From NCBI GenBank assembly GCA_041484665.1, contig JBGPIA010000012.1, positions 65,914 through 129,913 on the forward strand: a stretch of DNA of 64,000 bases. The letters run 5' to 3'. Source of the DNA: Candidatus Krumholzibacteriia bacterium (lineage in GTDB: Bacteria; Krumholzibacteriota; Krumholzibacteriia; JAJRXK01). Of this stretch, positions 20,190 to 27,564 are shown in pieces (the first letter of the stretch is position 1; the number at the start of each line of letters is the position of its first letter). Below the pieces are notes generated by a model. That model was not told the DNA's origin. It was given only the letters and a program-made list of their open reading frames with translations, and made no database searches. The position numbers were made by a program, and so were the translations under genes.

Positions 20190-22182
20190 GGCTCGCCTCC
20201 AATGCGCTCGGCTGCGGTCGGCCGTGGTCCAGTCCGCTCGGCTGCGGTCGGCCTTGTTCCAGTCGGCTCGGCTCCAATGGGCTCGACTCCAATTGGCTCG
20301 GCTCCAATTGGCTCGGTTCCGTGAGGAAGAACTGCTCCATGGTGATGGTGCCGGCGGGGCAGCGCAGTGCGCACAGTCCGCATCGGATGCAGATCGTCTC
20401 GTCCTTGATCAGCGCGGTTCCGCTGGGAACGTCCTGCTCGACGAGCGCGGCGGCAGCTGCGCCACATTCGGCCACCAGGTCGTCACGCAGCGCTCCATCG
20501 GCTGAGAGCGCCGACAGCGGCACGAACTCGATGCATTTCTCAGGACAGACGTCGGCGCAGCCGCCGCACAGGATGCACTCGGTGCCTCGCTGCGGGTCCT
20601 CGTGGAACACCGTGTTCACCCAGCAATGCAGGCAGCGCGACGCCTCGAGCTTGGCCGATGTCTCGGACAGACACTGCTCGATCTCGGCGATGCCGATACG
20701 GCGCTCGATGGGCAGCGCCGGCAGCTTCTGCCGCGGCACCCCCTCGTAATCCAGCGTCCGGCGGTAACCCGGGAGCGGCTGGATCACGATCTCCACCGTC
20801 TCCAGAGCGGCCTGCGCACCGCGCAGGTGGGCGTGGATGGAGGACGCCGCGCGGCGGCCGTCCGCGATGGCGTTGATGGCGATGCGCGGGCCGAACGCCA
20901 CATCCCCGCCGGCGTAGACTCCCGGCGCGGTGGTGGCCAGCGTGTCGGCATCGATGCGGATCGTCCCGCGGGGGGTGGTCTCGACGCCATCCTCGGGCCG
21001 CAGGAACGACAGGTCGCAGGCCTGGCCGATGGCCAGGATGACCGTATCGGCCGCCAGCGCCAGCTCGCTGCCCGGCACGAACGTCGGATTGAAGCGGTGC
21101 TGTGCGTCGAAGACCGCGGAGCAGTCGATAGTCTCCAGCCCCGTCACGCGGCCGTTCTCGCCGAGGATGCGCTGGGGTCCCTTGCCGGCATGGATCACGA
21201 TCCCTTCGTGCTGCGCCTCGAGGATCTCGCTGCGGTCGGCCGGCATCTCATCGAAGCCCTCCAGGCAGACGATGTGGACCTCCTTGGCGCCGAAACGGAT
21301 GGCCGACCGCGCCACATCCAGGGCGGTCACGATGTTGAGACTGGGATTCACCACGTCGTCACGCACCGCAGTGCGCAGCGCCGTGCGCGCCACGTCGAGC
21401 GCCACGTTTCCGCCACCGACCACGAGCACCCGCTTGCCGAGCTCCAGGCGGTAGCCCATGTTCATATTGAGCAGGAAGTCGACGCCCTTCAGCACACCGT
21501 CCAGATCGGTGCCCGGGATCTGAAGATCGCGGCTCTTGTGCGCACCCGTGGCCACGAACACGGCCCGGTATCCCTGGCTGCGCAGGTCGGCCAGCAGGAA
21601 ATCGCGACCCAGCCTCGCTCCCAGCTTCAGCTCCACGCCCAGGCTGAGAATGGCGTTGATCTCCAGCTTGATCAGCTCGCGCGGGAGTCGGTACTCCGGG
21701 ATGCCCAAGCGCAGCATGCCGCCCGCGACCGGCTGGGCCTCGAAGATCGTGACCGGGTAACCGAGCAACGCCAGATCGTGCGCCGCCGCCAGGCCCGCGG
21801 GCCCGGCGCCCACGATCGCCACACGGTCCTGGGGATGGCGCACCGGCCTGTCGCCGTAGATCTCCCGCAGCGCGTCGAGGTCGATCATGCTCTCGACGCC
21901 AAAGCGCTCGGTGATGAAGCGCTTCAACGCCCGGATGGCGATCGGCTGGTCGAGCGCGCCCCGCCGGCAGGCGGGCTCGCATGGCGCGGCGCAGATCCGT
22001 CCGCAAATCGACGCGAGCGGATTCGGCCGGCGGGCCACCGCGTAGGCCTCGCGGAAGCGCCCCTCGGCGATGAGCGCTACGTAGCGTCCGGCTTCGGTGC
22101 CGACCGGGCAGGCCTTGAAGCAAGGGAAATTGCTCTCCAGCCACACCCGGTCCACCAGGGTCGTCTCGGCCACGGTCGCCAA
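20182..22182 (-). CDS. GltD/NfnB-like FAD- and NAD(P)-dependent oxidoreductase with N-terminal Fe-S domain and C-terminal 2x[4Fe-4S] domain
   Basis: CFKACP, CGRICAAPCEPAC, GAGPAG, GIPEYRLP, GGGNVA, GGD, CILCGGCADVCP, CIRCGLCALRCP; no signal peptide. Confidence 0.92.
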   Translation of the reverse strand: MATVAETTLVDRVWLESNFPCFKACPVGTEAGRYVALIAEGRFREAYAVARRPNPLASICGRICAAPCEPACRRGALDQPIAIRALKRFITERFGVESMIDLDALREIYGDRPVRHPQDRVAIVGAGPAGLAAAHDLALLGYPVTIFEAQPVAGGMLRLGIPEYRLPRELIKLEINAILSLGVELKLGARLGRDFLLADLRSQGYRAVFVATGAHKSRDLQIPGTDLDGVLKGVDFLLNMNMGYRLELGKRVLVVGGGNVALDVARTALRTAVRDDVVNPSLNIVTALDVARSAIRFGAKEVHIVCLEGFDEMPADRSEILEAQHEGIVIHAGKGPQRILGENGRVTGLETIDCSAVFDAQHRFNPTFVPGSELALAADTVILAIGQACDLSFLRPEDGVETTPRGTIRIDADTLATTAPGVYAGGDVAFGPRIAINAIADGRRAASSIHAHLRGAQAALETVEIVIQPLPGYRRTLDYEGVPRQKLPALPIERRIGIAEIEQCLSETSAKLEASRCLHCWVNTVFHEDPQRGTECILCGGCADVCPEKCIEFVPLSALSADGALRDDLVAECGAAAAALVEQDVPSGTALIKDETICIRCGLCALRCPAGTITMEQFFLTEPSQLEPSQLESSPLEPSRLEQGRPQPSGLDHGRPQPSALEASHV

Positions 22183-22287
22183 CCTGCTTCCGGTTCCTGC
22201 TTCGTGCGCCTACGACTTGTGCCCGTTTCGCGCGCCTGCTTCGTGGTGCTGAGTCGTGTTCTTGCCTCTCGCGACCGCGTCTGCTTC

Positions 22288-22887
22288 CTACTTCTTGAGC
22301 TCGAGATCGGCGGTGGTCGACCCGGCAACCGTCACAGCTTTGCTCGCCTCCGTCTTGAACTTGGGATGCCACACCTTCACGGTGTACGCGCCGTCGGGCA
22401 GATCCTTGATCACGTACGCACCCGTCTTGTCGGTCACGGCAAACCACGGAGTCGGCAAGGCCAGGACGAAGCCTTCCATCTCCGGATGCACCTTGCACAG
22501 GAGGGTGGCCGCGCAGCGCGCCTTGAACGTGTAGCCACGAGTCTGCCCCTTGGGCCAACTGCCGAGATTGAACGTCTCGCAACACTTGTCCGGCGAGAAG
22601 ACGTTGTGGAGTACGGCGTCGCTGTTGAGGAAGTCCACCGTCGTCCCCACCAACACCGGCAGGACGTGGGGGACGAACACCAGGTTCTTTTGATCGATCT
22701 GGGCGTGGGCCGTCGGCGGCGGGAAGGTTTTCCCAGCGATCGCGTCGACGTAGACGACCGCATCGGCATTCGTCTTGACTCCGGGCACCTTGACGACGCC
22801 CTTCAGCTCGCCCGCCGGCGCCACGGCTGGGACGATCAGCACGACCGAGAGCAATGTGACAGCGCAGAAGAGCTTCACGAGCTTCAT
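22288..22887 (-). CDS. Periplasmic cupredoxin-like protein (type-1 Cu ligands) with carboxypeptidase-regulatory-like domain
   Basis: Signal peptide; DQKNLVFVP, NSDAVLHNVFS, CKVHPEM (His...Cys-x2-His-x2-Met). Confidence 0.82.
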   Translation of the reverse strand: MKLVKLFCAVTLLSVVLIVPAVAPAGELKGVVKVPGVKTNADAVVYVDAIAGKTFPPPTAHAQIDQKNLVFVPHVLPVLVGTTVDFLNSDAVLHNVFSPDKCCETFNLGSWPKGQTRGYTFKARCAATLLCKVHPEMEGFVLALPTPWFAVTDKTGAYVIKDLPDGAYTVKVWHPKFKTEASKAVTVAGSTTADLELKK

Positions 22888-22992
22888 ACGTTCGACCTTT
22901 CTTGCTTGCTCGAGCCGGCGCGCGCGGGTGTTGTCGGGGCCTTCTGCAGGGCCCGCTCCAGCACCCTCTTGCGGGCCTGCTCGAGGCCCTTC

Positions 22993-24384
22993 TCAAAATC
23001 CAATGACCACGCCGCCCGAGACTTCCTCGTACTGGAACTTGCCGCCCGTTGCCTTGAGCCAGTCGGTGGCGATGAAGGACTTGATGTTGGCGCGGACCAG
23101 GCAATCAATCGTCAGCGAGACGCGGTCGACCTTCTCGTCCCCGAACTTGAAGGACTCCCAGCGACCGGCGGGGATCAGCCACGGGTAGGCCACCCAGGCG
23201 ACCTCGGCAAACTGGCTGTTGGTGGAGATGTCGGTGGGCTCGGTGTCATCCAGGAAGGGGCGGTCGTCCTTGCGCGCGATCAATCCGGCATGGGCCAGCA
23301 GGTCGAGGTAGTTGACCGCCACGTCGCCGCCCACAACGTGGAATGGATCCTCGGGGCCGGGATCTCCATTGGGCAGCGCGCCGATGCGCCCGGGGTTGTG
23401 GATCGGCCCGCCAACCTTAGGCAGCACAGCGTCTGGAAGCGGGATCGATCCCTTGCCCGTGTACGCGAACGCCGACACAGCGACCGACTTCTCACTCCAC
23501 GGCTTGGGATTCGCCGGCAGACCTTCCGCTGCGCCACTGCGGGGGACGCCGTCGGACTCCAGACCGCCGACCTTGTAGGAAGCCCGGGCGTAGACGTCCT
23601 TCGACTTGTCGCCGACGCTGCCCGCTCCTTCCACGACGCCGGCGTTGTACGAAAGCCGGTGCGCCACGACGCCATAGGCCTCGATCCCCTGCTGGAATGG
23701 CTCGGCGGACCAGGTGTTGTCACCCACCGGCTCGGTGAGCGCGAAGTACTCCTGGTCCATCAGCGACCGGTGCGTGCTCACCAGCATCAGGCCTGGCTCG
23801 AACGAGCCGACCTTGAACTGCAGCTCGGGAGTATCGAGCGGGCGCACCAGCAGATTGAGGCGCTCCATTTCCGTGGCAATGCTGCCGCCATCGCGGGCAA
23901 AGACCACCGAGCCCCAGAAGGAGAAATGTTCGCCGAGCGTGCCAGCGCCCAGAATCTCGAATTCTCCACCCATTCCGCCGAAGGAGAACGTCTCCCCTGC
24001 GCGGTCGTACGCCATCGTGCTTGTGATGAGCACGGCGACCGGGGGAAGCCCGGAGATCTCTCCCGGCCAGACGGACTTGGGCCAGAGCTTCTTGTAGCCC
24101 TCGGCGCCCAGCGACACTGGTTGATCCTTGGAGATGCTCGCATCCGTACCGGCCGGGAATCGGTAACCGTTCGCGCGGAACGCTTCGCCGAACGGAGTGA
24201 GGCCCGGAAACGCCACGTGGCACGTCTGGCAGCTCGTCTGGTACTTCCGGGCGAACGCCGGAATGGCTCCAGCCTCATTCGGCCAGATCGCCACGCAGGC
24301 CAGGACGACGAGCACCAGCGCGCCCGCCGAGCGGAGCTGACTCCACGCATCTCGCCACATTCTATTGGTTCTGTCGCGCCGCAT
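22993..24384 (-). CDS. Cyc2-like fused monoheme cytochrome-porin (outer membrane)
   Basis: Signal peptide, then IPAFARKYQTSCQTCHVAFPGLTPFGEAFRANGY (Cyc2-type heme motif); amphipathic beta-strands; C-terminal Phe (VVIGF); GGGAGG RBS. Confidence 0.8.
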   Translation of the reverse strand: MRRDRTNRMWRDAWSQLRSAGALVLVVLACVAIWPNEAGAIPAFARKYQTSCQTCHVAFPGLTPFGEAFRANGYRFPAGTDASISKDQPVSLGAEGYKKLWPKSVWPGEISGLPPVAVLITSTMAYDRAGETFSFGGMGGEFEILGAGTLGEHFSFWGSVVFARDGGSIATEMERLNLLVRPLDTPELQFKVGSFEPGLMLVSTHRSLMDQEYFALTEPVGDNTWSAEPFQQGIEAYGVVAHRLSYNAGVVEGAGSVGDKSKDVYARASYKVGGLESDGVPRSGAAEGLPANPKPWSEKSVAVSAFAYTGKGSIPLPDAVLPKVGGPIHNPGRIGALPNGDPGPEDPFHVVGGDVAVNYLDLLAHAGLIARKDDRPFLDDTEPTDISTNSQFAEVAWVAYPWLIPAGRWESFKFGDEKVDRVSLTIDCLVRANIKSFIATDWLKATGGKFQYEEVSGGVVIGF

Positions 24385-24473
24385 GACACCTCCCGATGGT
24401 TCCGAGGAAATGCCGAACGGGCCCAGAGTGCGCGAGCGCGCCCCGCTCTACAATCCACGGAACGGATCATTTT

Positions 24474-24493
24474 CCTGATTCAATTGCATCAGG
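24474..24493. promoter_or_regulatory. 20-bp near-perfect palindrome upstream of the porin-cytochrome operon (candidate LuxR-family operator)
   Basis: CCTGATTCAATTGCATCAGG, 9 of 10 symmetric pairs, AT-rich against a GC-rich background. Confidence 0.6.
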
Positions 24494-24526
24494 GGCTGCG
24501 CAGGCCATCGGGCTGACGTCGCGGGA

Positions 24527-24650
24527 TTCCCGGCGGGAATCGCGGGGGTTCAGGCAGGAAATGCGGAGGCTCAGGCAGGAAATGCAGATGCGCAGGTGGG
24601 AGCTGCGGGGGCTGCGGGGGCTCTGACTGGAAGTGCGAGAGCTCGGACGG
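24527..24650. repeat. Degenerate 21-bp tandem repeat (~5 units)
   Basis: gttcaggcaggaaatgcggag / gctcaggcaggaaatgcagat / gcgcaggtgggagctgcgggg / gctctgactggaagtgcgaga. Confidence 0.65.
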
Positions 24651-24653
24651 CGA

Positions 24654-25304
24654 TCAGAGCAGATGCTGGCGCAAGGCCAGCGAGACGGCCTCCAGCTTGC
24701 TGTGGACGTCGAGTTTGCGCAGGATGTTCTGGATGTGATTGCGCGTGGTGGTCACGCTGATGAAGAGCGAGTCGGCAATCTCGCGGGTGCTGGTGCCGTC
24801 GGCGAGCATGCGCAGGACCTGCACCTCGCGCACCGTGAGCGGCACCGGCGGCCCCGGCGCGGGATCTCCCTGGCCCTGCCGATCCACGACCGGCGCGGGC
24901 GAATCGGCCAAGATCCGGCGGATGAGCTCGGTGACATCCCGCCGGCGATCGACCGGCTGCAGAAAGTGGATCACGGAGTACTGCGACGCTCGCGGACCCG
25001 GAACCACGACGATGGAGAAGCTGGCCGCCATCGTCTCGCCCGATTCCTTGCGAACCTCCAGCTCGAAGTGCCGCACCGTCTCATGACGGCGGACCATGTT
25101 GATGAGAGCGCACTGCTGGTCGCAGTAGCGATTGCCGAACACGTCAACCCCGCACAGGATATCGTGGCATGGTTTGCCTAGGACGCCGGCCGCGGAGTAG
25201 CCCAGCAGCTCTTCGGCGCTCCTGTTCCAGATGACGACGCGCCCCTGCTCGTCGCTGGCGAATGCGGCGGCGCCGGTGCGGGCGATCAGGTCGAGGGGAT
25301 CCAC
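24654..25304 (-). CDS. PAS-domain LuxR-family transcriptional regulator (Cys-rich PAS)
   Basis: WNRSAEELLGYSA PAS motif; C-x4-C-x9-C-x3-C; LTVREVQVL...IADSLFISVTTTRNHIQNILRKL HTH. Confidence 0.92.
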   Translation of the reverse strand: MDPLDLIARTGAAAFASDEQGRVVIWNRSAEELLGYSAAGVLGKPCHDILCGVDVFGNRYCDQQCALINMVRRHETVRHFELEVRKESGETMAASFSIVVVPGPRASQYSVIHFLQPVDRRRDVTELIRRILADSPAPVVDRQGQGDPAPGPPVPLTVREVQVLRMLADGTSTREIADSLFISVTTTRNHIQNILRKLDVHSKLEAVSLALRQHLL

Positions 25305-25530
25305 GGGGCCACCTTCTGCCGACCTGCGGCAAGACAGCTTCTTGGCGGGCCCGCACGTCCCAGAGCATCACCCTGGGCAGACTGGCGGGCGAGCTGAAGA
25401 CGGGTCGAACCAGGGGATGCAGATTCGAAGCGAACGGGCCTGGGTCGAAGCCGCCGCAAACCGGCGCCCCGACGCTTGAGATCGTATCCCCGTGGCGGGA
25501 TCTTGAACAGGGGTCACTCGGTGCCTGCCT

Positions 25531-27243
25531 CTACCTGGTGGCGGCCAGAATCGTATCGCCAATCGCCGCGATCCCCCTCCAGACCAGGTGCCCACCGTGC
25601 AGTCTCACGACATGCGCCAGTCCGGGCGGGAGGTCGGGGCAGAGCGTGTCCTTCTCCGAGGCGCCGTAGATGCACAGCAGCTTGCGTCCGCGCAGCTTCT
25701 CCACCTCGGGTAGAACGGGCAGCGCGGTGGGGCGCGGGTGGGTGCCCAGCCACTCGGAGATGTGGAACTCGAAGTCCGCCATGTGCGCGGGGCCAAGCAG
25801 GACGATCGAGCGCACGCGGTCGAGCAGGTCGGGTGGAAGCCGGTTGGCCATGAACGCCAGCACATCCGCCCCCAGCGAATAGCCGATGAGGATGGCGTGG
25901 TCCTTGTTCCAGGCCGTCATGTAGCTGCGCAGGATGCGCTCGAGGTCCTTGGACGCCTCGTCGGGTGTGCGGCGCTTCCAGAAGTAGTGCAGCGAGCTGA
26001 GTCCCACCACGGGGATGCCCTGCCGCACGAAGGCCTTGCTGAGCCCGCGCTCGGTGATGCTCCAGCCTCCGTCGCCGGTGACGATCACTGCCAGCTCGTC
26101 ACTCGCGGCGTGGCCAGCACCAGCGAGTCCCCGCGTGCCTGCTGTGTCCGCCGCGCCTGTCGCGCCTGCGGCGGCCGCCGCGTTCCCCGCGCCCCCGTCT
26201 GCGGTCTCCGGCTCGACCTCCGTCAACGGCAAGTCGCTCAGGTCGTTCGCGCTCGGCGACGGCTGCCCGCCTGCCTGTTGCTCGCCGGACGGCTGCTGGC
26301 CTGAAGGCTGCTCACCCGACCGCTGCTCACCTGACCGCTGCTCAACAGACTGCTCGCCGCTGCTTTGTTGCCCGCCCGACTGCCCGCCCGACCGCTCCCC
26401 GCCCTCGTGCTGGGACGGCGGTTGCCGCACGCCCAGCTGCTCCGCCCCCGGCTCCTGCGCGCCTGACCGGCCGTGGGCCAGCCGATCGAACGCCTGCTTG
26501 AACTGTGGCTCCCAGTTGCGTGGCACGGAGAACCCGTGGCCGACCTTGGGCAACGACACGACCTCGCCGTGGGGAACCTGCGACACATACGCCCCGACGG
26601 CGGCTGGATCGCACACCTGATCGATCGTGCCCTGCAGCGCGATCCAGGGAACCTCGAGCGACTTGGCTGGCAGGAAGCTGACCCCTTTGCCCTGCGGTCC
26701 GGGGCCCCACTCCAAGCCGCTCCCCTTGCACATCGGCTTGGTCAACGGCAGATCCGGGCAGAAGCCCATGCTGATCGCCCCGCCGAAGGTATTCGACGGT
26801 GCCTGCACGAGTGCCGCGTAGACGAGCGTCGCCCCCGACGAGTACCCCACCAGGATCGGCGTGATGTAGTCGGGGAACCCCATCTCCTTCTGCGCGAACT
26901 TGCTGAGCAGCTCGAAGTCCGACGCCGGATACGAGCATGGCTCGTCGCTTGACTCCAACGCATGCAGGTAGTGGGTGATGTTGACGCCGACGACGAGCGC
27001 GTCCAGGCCGGCCAGCGTGCGTGCCATGTCGACCACGCCGAGGTTCCAGCCGCCGTCACCCGAGACGAACAAGACGACGGCGCTGGGCTGGGGGACCTGC
27101 GAGTAGAGCGTCACCGTCCCGAAGCGCCCGAACTCCAGCGTCTTCTCCGTTGCGCGGGCACGCGACGGGCCGCACAGCGCGATCGGCGCAGTCAGCAGCA
27201 ACGCACCCAGCAGCCCCCACCAGCGCCTACGCGTCGGTTCCAC
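25531..27243 (-). CDS. AcvB/VirJ-family aminoacyl-phosphatidylglycerol hydrolase (two alpha/beta-hydrolase domains)
   Basis: SGDGGW and TGDGGW; GYSSGA and GYSLGAD nucleophile motifs; signal peptide; low-complexity linker. Confidence 0.88.
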   Translation of the reverse strand: MEPTRRRWWGLLGALLLTAPIALCGPSRARATEKTLEFGRFGTVTLYSQVPQPSAVVLFVSGDGGWNLGVVDMARTLAGLDALVVGVNITHYLHALESSDEPCSYPASDFELLSKFAQKEMGFPDYITPILVGYSSGATLVYAALVQAPSNTFGGAISMGFCPDLPLTKPMCKGSGLEWGPGPQGKGVSFLPAKSLEVPWIALQGTIDQVCDPAAVGAYVSQVPHGEVVSLPKVGHGFSVPRNWEPQFKQAFDRLAHGRSGAQEPGAEQLGVRQPPSQHEGGERSGGQSGGQQSSGEQSVEQRSGEQRSGEQPSGQQPSGEQQAGGQPSPSANDLSDLPLTEVEPETADGGAGNAAAAAGATGAADTAGTRGLAGAGHAASDELAVIVTGDGGWSITERGLSKAFVRQGIPVVGLSSLHYFWKRRTPDEASKDLERILRSYMTAWNKDHAILIGYSLGADVLAFMANRLPPDLLDRVRSIVLLGPAHMADFEFHISEWLGTHPRPTALPVLPEVEKLRGRKLLCIYGASEKDTLCPDLPPGLAHVVRLHGGHLVWRGIAAIGDTILAATR

Positions 27244-27564
27244 GAGTCCCCCTCCTTGCCGTACCGCCCGTCATCCCGGGTCCCGGTCGCGGGTGTACCA
27301 GCGTGCTCGGGTCACGCCGCAGACCGTGCCCGGAACACCCTGCCGACCCGCGTCCATGCCGCGCCGTCGGTCACGCCCCAGCCCCCCACGCTAGCACGCC
27401 AGCGGCTCGTGCGCCGCCTCGGGCTTGAAGGGGTTGAACGACTTCCTGCGCGGATCGTTCCCCCCGCGGATTCGCCGACCCACGCCGGGACGACCGACGG
27501 GGCACGACCGACGGGGCTCCTGGCAGAGGTGGCTCTCCTGGGGTAGTCTCGCCCCTGCAGGAGG

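Noticed and set aside
20602..24516. 1304-aa plus-strand ORF and similar long antisense or alternate-frame ORFs (279-2483, 1373-3805, 50641-52746, 61943-63754)
   Set aside because: Shadow ORFs of well-supported genes in high-GC DNA; no recognisable motifs
24527..24650. Tandem repeats as a mini-CRISPR
   Set aside because: No unique spacers, units are degenerate, and no cas genes are present
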